A DNA stretch of 64,000 bases from an uncultured Gammaproteobacteria bacterium (GTDB taxonomy: Bacteria; Pseudomonadota; Gammaproteobacteria; Magnimaribacterales; D2472): the NCBI GenBank assembly GCA_964014565.1, contig CAXGZN010000001.1, forward strand, positions 175 through 64,174. The letters are read 5' to 3'. Position 1 is the first letter of the stretch; each line of letters begins with the position of its first letter. Shown here piece after piece: positions 9,103 through 19,615 of the stretch. A model generated the notes under the pieces. That model did not search any database. It saw only the letters and a program-made list of their open reading frames with translations, and was not told the origin of the DNA. The position numbers and the translations under genes were made by a program.

Positions 9103-9965
9103 TGGAAATAAAGGCATCCCAAGTAAAAGAATTAAGAGAACTTTCTGGTGTTGGAATGATGGAATGCAAGAAAGCCCTAGTTGAAGTTGAGGGAGATATA
9201 GAAAAAGCTTTGGATCTTCTTCGTTCTAACAGTGCTCTCAAGGCTGAAAAGAAATCGGCTCGTGTTGCAGCAGATGGCGTAATAAAAGTTCATGTTTCAG
9301 AAAATTATGCAACTATGGTTGAAATCAACTCAGAAACTGATTTTGCTGCTAAAGATGATAGTTTCATCGAATTTGCGAACAATATTGAAGAAAGACTTGT
9401 CAGTAAGAAATATCTTGATGTTGAAGATTTAAAGAAAGATGTTGAGGAAGATCGACAAAAACTTGTACAGTCAATTGGAGAAAATATTCAAGTAAGAAGA
9501 TTGGCTACTCAAGAATTTGATAGCCCAAAAAAGATCGGGACTTATCTTCATTCTGATAACAAACTTGCTGCAATGGTTTTATTAAAAGAAGAAAATGATG
9601 AACTTGGAAGAGATATTGCTATGCATATTTCTGCTTCAGCTCCTTTATCAATAAATGAAGATGGGGTTGATAAAGAAGTTCTTGAAAGAGAGACAAATAT
9701 TTTTGAATCTCAAGCAAAGGAGTCAGGCAAAGACGAAAATATCATGCAAAAGATGGTTGAAGGAAAGATAAAAAGGTTTCTTAAAGAAGTTACACTACTT
9801 TCTCAAGACTTCATAAAAGATCCTGATACCTCTATTTCAAAACTCCTTGAAAATAGTGATAATGAGGTAATGTCATTTGAAAGATTCAAAGTTGGCGAGG
9901 GTATAGAAGTATCTTCAAAAGATTTTGCAGAGGAGGTTGCTGAACAACTTAATAAAGATGGCTGA
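9102..9965 (+). CDS. tsf: elongation factor Ts
   Basis: 287 aa with the N-terminal UBA-like VKELRE..GVGMMECKKAL. Its start overlaps the rpsB stop (TAATG). Confidence 0.95.
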   Translation: MEIKASQVKELRELSGVGMMECKKALVEVEGDIEKALDLLRSNSALKAEKKSARVAADGVIKVHVSENYATMVEINSETDFAAKDDSFIEFANNIEERLVSKKYLDVEDLKKDVEEDRQKLVQSIGENIQVRRLATQEFDSPKKIGTYLHSDNKLAAMVLLKEENDELGRDIAMHISASAPLSINEDGVDKEVLERETNIFESQAKESGKDENIMQKMVEGKIKRFLKEVTLLSQDFIKDPDTSISKLLENSDNEVMSFERFKVGEGIEVSSKDFAEEVAEQLNKDG

Positions 9966-10671
9966 TTTAAAATACTCAAGACTTCTTGTAAAGTTCAGTG
10001 GCGAATCTGTTGCAGGTCAAGAGGGGATCGGTATTGACCCCAAAATTTTAGACTCAATGGCCGTATCAATTAAATTATGTAAAGAGCTCGGTGCCGAAAT
10101 AGGAATAGTCATAGGTGGAGGAAACTTATTTCGAGGAGAAAGGCTAAGTCAATCTGGAATGGATAGAGTTGCTGGGGATCATATGGGAATGCTAGCAACT
10201 GTGATGAATGGCATTGCCTTGCGGGATGCTCTTGAAAGGGCGAATGTTAAAACAAGAGTTATGTCAGCACTCTCAATATCAGGACTTGTTGAGCATTTTG
10301 ATCGAAGAAGAGCTATTCAGCTTCTTAAAGATGGATACGTAGTTATATTTACTGCGGGAACTGGAAATCCTTTCTTTACAACCGATACTGCAGGTTGTCT
10401 TAGGGCGGTAGAAACTCAATCAGATATTATGCTAAAAGCTACTAGAGTTGATGGTGTTTATTCAGCCGATCCTGAGAAAGATCCAAATGCCAAGTTTTAT
10501 AAAAATATTTCTTTTGAAGAAGCAATTTCAAAGAATCTTCGAATTATGGATGGTACAGCTCTGACGCTAGCAAAAGATCATAAGCTGCCAATTAAAGTAT
10601 TTAATTTGAAGGATGAGAACTCGCTATCATCAATTGCTAAAGGGGAAGATATAGGAACATTAATATCATGA
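9958..10671 (+). CDS. pyrH: UMP kinase
   Basis: The track ORF 9925..10671 is trimmed to the ATG at 9958 (MADLKYSRLLVKFSGE), which fits PyrH N-termini. It has the GGGNLFRG motif and overlaps the tsf stop. Confidence 0.92.
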   Translation: MADLKYSRLLVKFSGESVAGQEGIGIDPKILDSMAVSIKLCKELGAEIGIVIGGGNLFRGERLSQSGMDRVAGDHMGMLATVMNGIALRDALERANVKTRVMSALSISGLVEHFDRRRAIQLLKDGYVVIFTAGTGNPFFTTDTAGCLRAVETQSDIMLKATRVDGVYSADPEKDPNAKFYKNISFEEAISKNLRIMDGTALTLAKDHKLPIKVFNLKDENSLSSIAKGEDIGTLIS

Positions 10672-11222
10672 ATACAATAAAAGATGAGACTACTGAAAGA
10701 ATGCAAAAGTGTATGGACTCTTTATCAAATCAATTCAATAAAATTAGAACTGGAAGGGCCAACCCTTCTATATTGGACTCTGTAAAAGTTGATTACTATG
10801 GTAATCAAACACCTATTAATCAAACTGCAAATATAAGCGTTGAAGAAAATAGAACGTTAGTAATATCTCCATGGGATAAGACACTAATGCCTGAAATCGA
10901 GAGGGCTATAATTTCTTCTGATCTTGGATTAAACCCAAGCTCATCTGGCGATCTCATTAGAATAACAATGCCAGCTCTCACTGAAGAAACTAGACAAGAC
11001 TATATTAAACAAGCTAGAACTGAGGCTGAAAACGCAAGAATTTCTATAAGAAGTGTCAGACGCGATAGCAATCAATCCGCTAGAGATTTAAACACGAAAA
11101 GTGAGCTTTCTGATGATGAATTAAGAGATTTGGAGGTAGAAATCCAAGAAATCACAGATAAATTTATATCTATGATAGATGATCAACTTAAGCATAAAGA
11201 AGACGATTTAATTCAAATCTAG
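10668..11222 (+). CDS. frr: ribosome recycling factor
   Basis: 184 aa of typical RRF sequence. There is an ATGA overlap with pyrH. Confidence 0.95.
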   Translation: MNTIKDETTERMQKCMDSLSNQFNKIRTGRANPSILDSVKVDYYGNQTPINQTANISVEENRTLVISPWDKTLMPEIERAIISSDLGLNPSSSGDLIRITMPALTEETRQDYIKQARTEAENARISIRSVRRDSNQSARDLNTKSELSDDELRDLEVEIQEITDKFISMIDDQLKHKEDDLIQI

Positions 11223-11230
11223 TCATAAAA

Positions 11231-11917
11231 ATGAACCTGAAAAATATAGCTATCATCATGGATGGTAATGGGCGATGGGCAAAAAAAAATAATCTTCAAA
11301 TTAAAGAAGGTCATGCTAGGGGAGTATCAGCACTCAAGGAAATAGTTAAGGAATCAGTTAATCAAAATATTGAATCTCTTACGGTTTATGCATTTAGCAC
11401 GGAAAATTGGAAAAGACCAAAGTCTGAAGTCAAAGCCATAAATAATCTTATTGTTAATAGTATTAATAATGAGCTGGATGAGCTAATTGAGCAAAAGGTA
11501 AAAGTTAGATTTTTTGGTGATTATTCTGATTTTGGTAAAAAAACTTATGAAAAAATCAAATTTGCTGAAGAAAAATCTTTTATTAATAAACCTAAACTAA
11601 GACTGAATGTAGCGCTTGGTTATGGTGGTAAAATGGATATTATTAATATCGCTAGAGAGGTATCTAGATTGAAAATTAAAGCATCTGATATCAATGACCA
11701 TACAATTAATGAATTATCGCAAGTTCCTGAATCCAATATTGATTTACTAATAAGAACTGGAGGAGATTCAAGGATAAGCAATTTTCTTTTGTATCAAATA
11801 GCTTATTCTGAGATTCATTTTGTAAAAAAGCTCTGGCCAGATTATTCAAAACAGGATTTTAAAAGAAACATAAATAAATATTTTAAATCGGAGCGAAGAT
11901 TCGGTGAGCGAACTTAA
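11231..11917 (+). CDS. uppS: undecaprenyl-diphosphate synthase
   Basis: 228 aa with the IIMDGNGRWA and RTGG..RISNFLL motifs. Confidence 0.9.
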   Translation: MNLKNIAIIMDGNGRWAKKNNLQIKEGHARGVSALKEIVKESVNQNIESLTVYAFSTENWKRPKSEVKAINNLIVNSINNELDELIEQKVKVRFFGDYSDFGKKTYEKIKFAEEKSFINKPKLRLNVALGYGGKMDIINIAREVSRLKIKASDINDHTINELSQVPESNIDLLIRTGGDSRISNFLLYQIAYSEIHFVKKLWPDYSKQDFKRNINKYFKSERRFGERT

Positions 11918-12731
11918 ACAAGAATTTTTACAACGTTCAATAACTGCAATTTTTATTTCAGCTATTGTTATCACTTTGATACTTTACTCATCAAATCTAA
12001 TTTTGAATATTTTTATATCTGTACTTTCTTTGGCCCTGTTCCTTGAATGGATGTCAGTTTCAAAATCAAGTAATGTAAAGAGATTAATTTTTCTAATATT
12101 GTTTATTATTTTAATAAGTTCAAATCATTATTTTGGTGGATTATTTGAACCAATTTCATTTATAACAATGCTGGGAATAACGGTTTGGATTGTAGTTGCC
12201 TATCAAATATTTTTAAAGCGAGGGCGTTTATCTTCAAATTTTGCATTTAATAATTTTTGGATTGGTTTGCTATTAATTTCTGCTTTTTGTTTGGTATGTT
12301 TTCAATTAGTAACCGGATCTAGAATATTTCTATTAGCAGTTATTTTTAATATTGCAGTTTTTGATACTGGTGCATATATTATTGGTAAGAACCTTGGAAA
12401 AAATTCATTTCTTCCCAAGCTAAGTCCCAACAAGACAATCGAAGGATTAATCGGCGGCTTCATGTCTAGTTTGTTTTTTGTTATATGTGCATACTTATTC
12501 CTAGAAGAAGTTTCTCTTGTAAACGCATTAACAATGATTCTTTCAATCCCATTTGCATTATGCGGAGACTACTTTTTTAGTTTTTTAAAAAGAAAGGCAG
12601 ATGTTAAAGATACAGGTAGTATTCTTCCGGGGCATGGAGGCTTACTCGATAGAGTAGACTCTCACTTAGCAGCTATTCCAATGACTTTATTTTTTTCACT
12701 TCTCTTATATACGGCAGGATCATACTTTTGA
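11904..12731 (+). CDS. cdsA: phosphatidate cytidylyltransferase (CDP-diglyceride synthase)
   Basis: 275 aa polytopic protein with a GTG start. The C-terminal signature is SFLKRKADVKDTGSILPGHGGLLDRVDS. Confidence 0.85.
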   Translation: MSELKQEFLQRSITAIFISAIVITLILYSSNLILNIFISVLSLALFLEWMSVSKSSNVKRLIFLILFIILISSNHYFGGLFEPISFITMLGITVWIVVAYQIFLKRGRLSSNFAFNNFWIGLLLISAFCLVCFQLVTGSRIFLLAVIFNIAVFDTGAYIIGKNLGKNSFLPKLSPNKTIEGLIGGFMSSLFFVICAYLFLEEVSLVNALTMILSIPFALCGDYFFSFLKRKADVKDTGSILPGHGGLLDRVDSHLAAIPMTLFFSLLLYTAGSYF

Positions 12732-13876
12732 AAAAGATATTCATTCTTGGTGCATCTGGAAGTATTGGAGAAAATGCTCTCTCCGTTATCGACTCAAACA
12801 AAGAAGATTTTGAACTAGTAGGCATTTCGGTTAACAGTAATGTTGAAAAGGCTAACAAGATTATCAAAAAGCATAACCCAAAGTACATTTACATAAATGA
12901 TAAATCAGCAAAAGAAAATATACTAAAAACTGAAGGTGCAGTTATTTGTGAAGATGAGAAAGAGCTTTCCGATATCTTCAATTCAAGTGATGTTGATATT
13001 GTAATCTCAGCCATCTCAGGTTTTGCTGGAATTAAGTCGACTTTCCATGCAGCAAAATCAGGTAAAAAGATCCTTCTTGCCAATAAAGAAAGTATTGTTG
13101 CAGGCGGATCATTGCTAATGAAAACGGTAAAAGAAAATAATACCGAACTAGTTCCAATTGATAGCGAGCACAATGCTATTTTCCAGTGCTTACCTGAATC
13201 TAGATCAACAGAAGATGTTAAGCAAATAGTCATTACTGCCTCAGGAGGACCTTTTCACGGAAAGAATATAGACGAACTCAATAATGTTAGAGTCCAAGAT
13301 GCGCTCAATCACCCTAATTGGGAAATGGGATCGAAGATTTCTATAGATTCAGCTACTCTTGTAAATAAGTGTTTGGAACTCATTGAAGCATGCTATTTAT
13401 TCGATCTGGATGAAAGCTTCTTTGAGCTTGTAATCCATCCTGAGAGCATTGTCCACTCGATAGTTACATTTAATGATGGATCTTCAATTTGCCAAATGAG
13501 TAATCCGGATATGCGTGTACCTATTGCTAATGCAATGTCGTACGATAAAAGACTTTCAATTCCGTTCCAGCCCATTGATTTTAATAATCTCAAGCTCAAC
13601 TTTGAAAGCTTTCCAAATGATAGAGCTGAAATTGTTCATCTTGCAAGAGAGGCTGTTCGAGAAGATAGCTCAAAGGGAATTTATTTTAATGCTGCCAATG
13701 AGATTGCAGTAGAAAATTTTCTAAAGAAAAGGATTACATTTAGACAAATATATGAGGTAATTTTACGAACTTTTGATACAAAAGAGATGTCAAAGTTTAA
13801 TAGTATTGAAGATATTTTTGAAATTGATCAGGAGGCACGCAATATATCTAATATGGTGATAAAATCACTAACTTAA
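12728..13876 (+). CDS. dxr: 1-deoxy-D-xylulose-5-phosphate reductoisomerase
   Basis: 382 aa with a TTG start overlapping the cdsA stop. It has the LGASGSIG, LANKESIV and DSEHNAIFQCL motifs. Confidence 0.92.
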   Translation: MKKIFILGASGSIGENALSVIDSNKEDFELVGISVNSNVEKANKIIKKHNPKYIYINDKSAKENILKTEGAVICEDEKELSDIFNSSDVDIVISAISGFAGIKSTFHAAKSGKKILLANKESIVAGGSLLMKTVKENNTELVPIDSEHNAIFQCLPESRSTEDVKQIVITASGGPFHGKNIDELNNVRVQDALNHPNWEMGSKISIDSATLVNKCLELIEACYLFDLDESFFELVIHPESIVHSIVTFNDGSSICQMSNPDMRVPIANAMSYDKRLSIPFQPIDFNNLKLNFESFPNDRAEIVHLAREAVREDSSKGIYFNAANEIAVENFLKKRITFRQIYEVILRTFDTKEMSKFNSIEDIFEIDQEARNISNMVIKSLT

Positions 13877-13883
13877 AACACTT

Positions 13884-15218
13884 ATGATAACTGTAATTGC
13901 TTTTCTAATTCTTTTGGGTGTCCTTGTTGTAATTCATGAGGGCGGTCATTTCTTTGTTTTGAGAATGTGCAAAGTCCATGTTGATAGATTTTCAGTTGGC
14001 ATGGGCCCAGTTATTTATAAAAAGAAAGATAAAAAAGGGACTGAATTTGCTCTATCAGCATTACCTCTTGGAGGCTATGTCTCTTATTTATCAAAGAAAG
14101 CTCTTGATGCTGAACCTGAAATGAAAAAAAACTTTACTGATGAGCAATTAGATAACTTATTCGAAACAAAACCTAAGTGGCAAAGAGCTGCTGTAATGTT
14201 TGCTGGCCCTCTTGCTAATTTTATTCTTGCAGTATTTATATTTACCTTTATATTTTCATCCCAGCAAACGGTAAAACCAATTTTTCTTGTTGATAGTGAA
14301 TATGTTTCTAGTTCTTCTATATCTGGTGAAATTAATAAAAACGATATTCTTGTTTCTATAAATGGTGAAAAAATCTCAAATCCTACAGAATACAGACTTG
14401 CACTCTTAGCTAATGCTGGTCTTACAGGTGAAATAAACGCAGTATTTTTAAATGCAAAAAGTTCTGAGATATACAATAGAAATATAAGTGTTGTAGACTT
14501 TTTAAGTAATTCAGAACAACAACAAGAACCAGAAAAGTTCTTTCCAATTGGGATAACATCTTACATATCTCCAGAAATTGGCTCACTCTCAAGACAGGGA
14601 CCAGCATCGCTTGCTGGCGTTATGGCAGGTGACAGAATCCTAGAAATAGATGGCAAAAGTGTTAATCATTTTGCGGAGGTTTCAGATATCCTCACATCTT
14701 CAAATAATAGTAATGTTAATTTTGTAGTTCAAAGAAATGGGGAAACAAAAAACTTTTTTATAAACACTGAAATCTCTGAAGCTGGTACTCCAATTCTTGG
14801 TATTTCAGCTGCATACAAAAGATCTATTTTTGAAGCTTTCACAAAATCAGTCAGAGATACATACAATCTAAGTGTAAAAACACTTTTATTTATAGGAAAA
14901 ATGATTACTGGAAATATGGGCGCAGAAAATCTTAGCGGTCCTGTTGGAATTGCGAAGATGTCTGGCGAAGCATTTAATGCAGGCTTTTTGCCTTTTCTAT
15001 ATTTAATGGCTATTTTAAGTATTAGTTTAGGCGTACTTAACCTGCTGCCAATTCCTGTTTTAGATGGTGGACAACTTACCATGCTTGCGATAGAGGCGAT
15101 AAGAGGAGAACCACTTCCCGCAAGAGTTGAAAATTTTGCATATACTCTTGGCGCATTAATGGTAGGATTTCTGCTAGTCTTTGCTGTAACAAATGATATT
15201 TTTAGGTGGGTAGGTTAA
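13884..15218 (+). CDS. rseP: site-2 zinc metalloprotease RseP
   Basis: 444 aa with HEGGHF (HExxH), PDZ-like central regions and the LNLLPIPVLDGG motif. Confidence 0.9.
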   Translation: MITVIAFLILLGVLVVIHEGGHFFVLRMCKVHVDRFSVGMGPVIYKKKDKKGTEFALSALPLGGYVSYLSKKALDAEPEMKKNFTDEQLDNLFETKPKWQRAAVMFAGPLANFILAVFIFTFIFSSQQTVKPIFLVDSEYVSSSSISGEINKNDILVSINGEKISNPTEYRLALLANAGLTGEINAVFLNAKSSEIYNRNISVVDFLSNSEQQQEPEKFFPIGITSYISPEIGSLSRQGPASLAGVMAGDRILEIDGKSVNHFAEVSDILTSSNNSNVNFVVQRNGETKNFFINTEISEAGTPILGISAAYKRSIFEAFTKSVRDTYNLSVKTLLFIGKMITGNMGAENLSGPVGIAKMSGEAFNAGFLPFLYLMAILSISLGVLNLLPIPVLDGGQLTMLAIEAIRGEPLPARVENFAYTLGALMVGFLLVFAVTNDIFRWVG

Positions 15219-17638
15219 TGAAAATTTTAAAGCGCCTAATTTCTTTTGTATTACTTCTAAACATAACTACCATTTTAGCTTTTGAAGAATTTATCGTTAA
15301 CGATATCCGAATAGCTGGTCTTCAGAGAGTCTCAACGGGAAGTATTTTTAACACCATACCAATTTCTGTTGGGGATAAAATTGATGATCGAAAGATTGTA
15401 GATATAACAAGAGCACTTTTTGCTACAGAGCAATTTGATGATATCCAAATAGGAAGAGATGGAAATGCATTAATAATAACTGTTGCAGAAAGACCTTCAA
15501 TATCTTCAATTGATATTTCTGGTAACAGCGCCCTTAAAACTGAAATCTTACTAGAAAGTTTTGATGGTATTGGAATAACAGAAGGACAAGTTTATAAAAG
15601 GTCAACGCTTGAGAGAATGAAAGCTGAGCTAGTAAGATCTTATTCCTCTCAAGGAAGGTATGGAGCAGGAGTAGAAATATATGAAACGCCTCAACCTCGA
15701 AATAGAGTTTCTATTTCAATAGAAATAGATGAGGGAGAAAGTGCAAAGATAGATGGCATCACAATCCTAGGAAATAATATTTTTTCAGATGAGGATTTAC
15801 TTGATGTAATGGAGTTAAGTGAAGGCAGTTGGCTATCTTTTCTTTCAAATGATGACCAATACTCAAGAGAAAAGCTGCAAGGTGATCTTGAAAACCTCGA
15901 GTCATATTATCTTGACAGGGGATACCTACAGTTCTCCATTGAATCAAGTCAAGTTAGTATTTCAAGAGATAGAAGTAGCATTTACATTACATATATAGTT
16001 TCTGAAGGCCCTAAGTACACGATAAGCGATGTAAAAATTGTTGGGGATATGCCTTTAAATGAGGAACTTATCGATCCCATAATTGAAACCCAAAAAGATA
16101 TAACATATTCACAGGCTCAGATTACACAAATTGAAGAGATTTTCACGAGTCTTCTTGGAAATGAGGGTTATGCATTTGCATCTGTTAAGGGTCAGCCAGA
16201 TATAGATGAGGAAATGCTTGAGGTTGATCTAAGTTTTGTGATCGACCCAGGCAAAAGAACCTACACTAGAAAGATTTTATTTGAAGGAAACGAAATCACT
16301 CAAGATAACGTTTTAAGAAGAGAAATGAGGCAATTCGAGGGAGCTTGGGCATCTGATGACAAAATTGAGCAGTCAAGAGTTAGACTGGAAAGGCTTGGAT
16401 TCTTCAAAGAAGTGAATGTCGAGACAGTTCCCGTTCCAGGCACTGATGATCAAATTGATGTTAAGTTTAGAGTTGCAGAAGAGACAACAGGTAACGTTGG
16501 AGGAAATTTAGGCTACAGTGATTTTGGTTTAATGATTGGATTCAATCTGCAGGAAAGAAACTTCCTTGGGACAGGGAACTCAGTGGGTATAGCAATCAAT
16601 AAGAGCATCTACCAAGAGGTATATAATCTATCTTTCTATGATCCCTATTTCACAATTGATGGAGCAAGTAGGGGTTATAGCCTTTATTATAGAAAAACAG
16701 ACTATGGTGAATTTAACATAGCTAACTATACAAGTGATTCACAAGGTCTTGGAATACAGTTCGGATATCCGATATCAGATACGCAGAGAGTAGGTTTAAA
16801 TTTAACTTATGATAAAACAGAAATTGATCAGGGAACATTACCAGTAAGAGATATTCTTGATTTCCTTTTAGAGGAAGGTAACTCTTTCCAGACAGTTTCT
16901 GCTCAAGCTGTATGGTCAAGAATAACTCTTAATAGAGGTATGTTCCCAACAGATGGTGCATCTACTGAAGCATTATTTTTAGCTACTTTGCCTTTAAGTG
17001 ACATTAATTACTATAAATTCAATATAAGACAAAAATTTTATCAACCATTAAATGTTTGGGATCTTGTTTTTGGCTTCCAAGGAGAAATTGGATATTTAGC
17101 TCCTTATGGGGATACAAATAATGTCCCATTCTTCCAACATTTTTATGCAGGAGGCCCAAGATCATTGAGAGGTTTTGAGTCAAATACTCTTGGTCCTAGA
17201 GCCACCCCGTCACCATGTTATGGATTTGATACAGTTAATGATTTATGTCCACCTTTAATAGACTCTAATTTTGATGGAATCCCAGATAGTCCCGCATACA
17301 ATCAGAGCATCATTTATCAAAGAGATGACCCAATTGGCGGTGACGTAAAAATAGAAGGAAGTATGCAATTGATATTTAAACTTCCAATGGTTGAAGACCA
17401 GCGATCAATGAGAACAGCTTTCTTTTTTGATTTTGGTAATGTCTTCGCAATGGAGTGTAGGGAATATCAAGTAAGTTGCTATAAACCAAGCATTGATGAA
17501 TTGAGATACTCAATAGGAGTTGGGTTAACTTGGATAACAGGGTTTGGACCAATGAGTTTTGCGATATCAAAGCCATATAATGAAGATGAGTTTGAGAGGA
17601 CTGAAGAGTTTCAATTTACTATTGGAACTGTGTTTTAA
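15218..17638 (+). CDS. bamA: outer membrane protein assembly factor BamA
   Basis: The track ORF 15206..17638 is trimmed to the ATG at 15218 (MKILKRLISFVLLL, a signal peptide), giving a TAATG overlap with rseP. It has POTRA-like repeats and a C-terminal beta-barrel ending in F. Confidence 0.92.
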   Translation: MKILKRLISFVLLLNITTILAFEEFIVNDIRIAGLQRVSTGSIFNTIPISVGDKIDDRKIVDITRALFATEQFDDIQIGRDGNALIITVAERPSISSIDISGNSALKTEILLESFDGIGITEGQVYKRSTLERMKAELVRSYSSQGRYGAGVEIYETPQPRNRVSISIEIDEGESAKIDGITILGNNIFSDEDLLDVMELSEGSWLSFLSNDDQYSREKLQGDLENLESYYLDRGYLQFSIESSQVSISRDRSSIYITYIVSEGPKYTISDVKIVGDMPLNEELIDPIIETQKDITYSQAQITQIEEIFTSLLGNEGYAFASVKGQPDIDEEMLEVDLSFVIDPGKRTYTRKILFEGNEITQDNVLRREMRQFEGAWASDDKIEQSRVRLERLGFFKEVNVETVPVPGTDDQIDVKFRVAEETTGNVGGNLGYSDFGLMIGFNLQERNFLGTGNSVGIAINKSIYQEVYNLSFYDPYFTIDGASRGYSLYYRKTDYGEFNIANYTSDSQGLGIQFGYPISDTQRVGLNLTYDKTEIDQGTLPVRDILDFLLEEGNSFQTVSAQAVWSRITLNRGMFPTDGASTEALFLATLPLSDINYYKFNIRQKFYQPLNVWDLVFGFQGEIGYLAPYGDTNNVPFFQHFYAGGPRSLRGFESNTLGPRATPSPCYGFDTVNDLCPPLIDSNFDGIPDSPAYNQSIIYQRDDPIGGDVKIEGSMQLIFKLPMVEDQRSMRTAFFFDFGNVFAMECREYQVSCYKPSIDELRYSIGVGLTWITGFGPMSFAISKPYNEDEFERTEEFQFTIGTVF

Positions 17639-17699
17639 ATTTATTAGTGTTTTTAATGGAATTTAATATAGAATATACGAACTTAAAAAGGGGCTTATT

Positions 17700-18233
17700 A
17701 TGAAAAAATTAGTTACATATATTGCTTGTATAGGATTTGTAGGCTTATTTTCTGCAACGGCATTAGCACAGAATGTTGCCGTAATAGATACACAAGCAGC
17801 AATTCTGCAAACACAAGTTGCTCAAGATGCTTTCAAAGCGCTTGAAGAAGAAAGTGAATATGCATCAATGGTTGAGCAAGCTCAAGAGCTTCAGGCAGAC
17901 AGACAAAGTTTAGTTGAATCATTACAAAAAGATGCTGAAACTCTTTCAAATGAAGAAATTGCTGAACTTCAAAAAGATATTCAAGAAAAAACTACAGATC
18001 TTGAGTTTGTTTTAGGAAAAATTCAGGCCAAACAAAATGAGACTATCCAAACTGTTGCTGCTCAATTAAATCCCGCTATGATGCAAATCATAAATGATCT
18101 TATTGTTGCAAAGAAGATTCAATTATTACTTGGTGCTGATCAAGCTTTATATTTTGATGGCTCTGTAAGCATTACTCAACAAGTGACAGATGCGCTAGAT
18201 GGAGCTGCAAATGCAGAACCAGAATCTAACTAG
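17700..18233 (+). CDS. skp: periplasmic chaperone Skp (OmpH)
   Basis: 177 aa with a signal peptide ending ALAQ and a Q/E-rich coiled region. It holds the conserved position between bamA and lpxD. Confidence 0.75.
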   Translation: MKKLVTYIACIGFVGLFSATALAQNVAVIDTQAAILQTQVAQDAFKALEEESEYASMVEQAQELQADRQSLVESLQKDAETLSNEEIAELQKDIQEKTTDLEFVLGKIQAKQNETIQTVAAQLNPAMMQIINDLIVAKKIQLLLGADQALYFDGSVSITQQVTDALDGAANAEPESN

Positions 18234-19174
18234 TGTCTGGATCTGGAAATAAGAAATACTCAATAAAATTCATCTCCGAATATATCGATGCTTCGATAGT
18301 CGGAGATGCTGATTTACAAATTAATAACATCGCAACCCTTGATAGTGCTGTTCAGGGCTGCATAACTTTCTTAGCTAACTCAAAATATAATAAACTTTTA
18401 GAAAGTACAAAAGCTTCAGCTGTAATAGTTAAAGAAGGCATTAAAACAAACAACGAAACTACACTCCTAGTATGTTCTGATCCATATCTTGCTTTTGCAA
18501 AACTATCAAAGCTCTTTACTGATGAAATTGATTTCTTAAATGGCTCTTTTCAAGATAGTGTCTTTATTCATGATTCTGTAAATTTGGGTAAAGATGTCAA
18601 AGTTGGCCCTAATGTTTATATAGGAAAGAATTGCAACATTGGCGATAAAACAGTTATTTATCCAAATTCAACAATTCTCAAAGATGTTTCAATTGGGCAA
18701 GATTGCATTGTCCATCCAAATTCTGTTTTAGGCTCTGATGGATTTGGTTTTGCACCTAAAAAAGAAGGCTATCAAAAGATAGAACAGCTCGGAGGCCTAG
18801 AGATTGGAGACAATGTTGAAATTGGTGCAGGATGCACAATTGATAGGGGCGCAATCTCTAATACAAGGATATCTGATGGGGTCAAATTAGATAATCAGAT
18901 ACATATTGCTCATAACGTTTCTTTAGGATCTAACTCAGCAATAGCAGCCTGTTGTGCAATAGCTGGATCAACCAAAATAGGAAAAAATTTTAAAATGGGA
19001 GGCCTTTCTGGTGTTCTTGGGCACCTTGACATTTGTGATGATGTAACCGTTGGTGCACACACTTTAATCACAAAGAGTATAAAATCATCTGGAAATTATA
19101 TTGGCATTATGCCTGCTCAAAATCATATGAATTGGTCAAAGTCAGCTGTTTTTATTAAAAAAAGAGGTAAATAG
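18233..19174 (+). CDS. lpxD: UDP-3-O-acylglucosamine N-acyltransferase
   Basis: 313 aa with a GTG start overlapping the skp stop (TAGTG). It has left-handed beta-helix hexapeptide repeats and sits at the conserved position. Confidence 0.9.
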   Translation: MSGSGNKKYSIKFISEYIDASIVGDADLQINNIATLDSAVQGCITFLANSKYNKLLESTKASAVIVKEGIKTNNETTLLVCSDPYLAFAKLSKLFTDEIDFLNGSFQDSVFIHDSVNLGKDVKVGPNVYIGKNCNIGDKTVIYPNSTILKDVSIGQDCIVHPNSVLGSDGFGFAPKKEGYQKIEQLGGLEIGDNVEIGAGCTIDRGAISNTRISDGVKLDNQIHIAHNVSLGSNSAIAACCAIAGSTKIGKNFKMGGLSGVLGHLDICDDVTVGAHTLITKSIKSSGNYIGIMPAQNHMNWSKSAVFIKKRGK

Positions 19175-19615
19175 ATGATTCTTTCTGGTGAAGAGATACT
19201 AAAGTATTTGCCGCATAGAGATCCATTTCTTTTTATAGACGAAGTAATTTCTGTTGAAGAAGGCAATAACATTCATGCTGTAATGCACGTAAAAGATGAA
19301 AATGTTTTTTTAGAGGGTCATTTCCCAGATAATCCTATTGTGCCTGGAGTAATCCTAATAGAAGCTATGGGTCAAGCATCGGGAATTCTTGGCTTTAAAA
19401 CCATGAATAAGACTCCTGAGGAAGGTTCAATTTATGTCATAGCTGGAGTAGATAAAGCAAGATTTAGGCAAAGAGTATTACCTGGAGATAAGGTGGATAT
19501 TTTTAGTAAAGTTCTTGGCAGTACAAGAGGAATCTGGAAATTTGAGTGTTTTGCTGAAGTTAATGGAAAATTAGTATGTTCTGCTAATATATTATGTGCA
19601 GAGAGTAAAAAATAA
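19175..19615 (+). CDS. fabZ: 3-hydroxyacyl-ACP dehydratase FabZ
   Basis: 146 aa with the LPHRDPFLFID and HFPDNPIVPGVILIEAMGQ motifs. Confidence 0.95.
   Translation: MILSGEEILKYLPHRDPFLFIDEVISVEEGNNIHAVMHVKDENVFLEGHFPDNPIVPGVILIEAMGQASGILGFKTMNKTPEEGSIYVIAGVDKARFRQRVLPGDKVDIFSKVLGSTRGIWKFECFAEVNGKLVCSANILCAESKK

Noticed and set aside
17658-17690. A sigma-E-like promoter (GGAATTT ... / GAACTT) in the bamA-skp spacer.
   Set aside because: The -35-like elements lack a properly spaced TCTGA/TCAAA -10 element, so the match is too weak to call.
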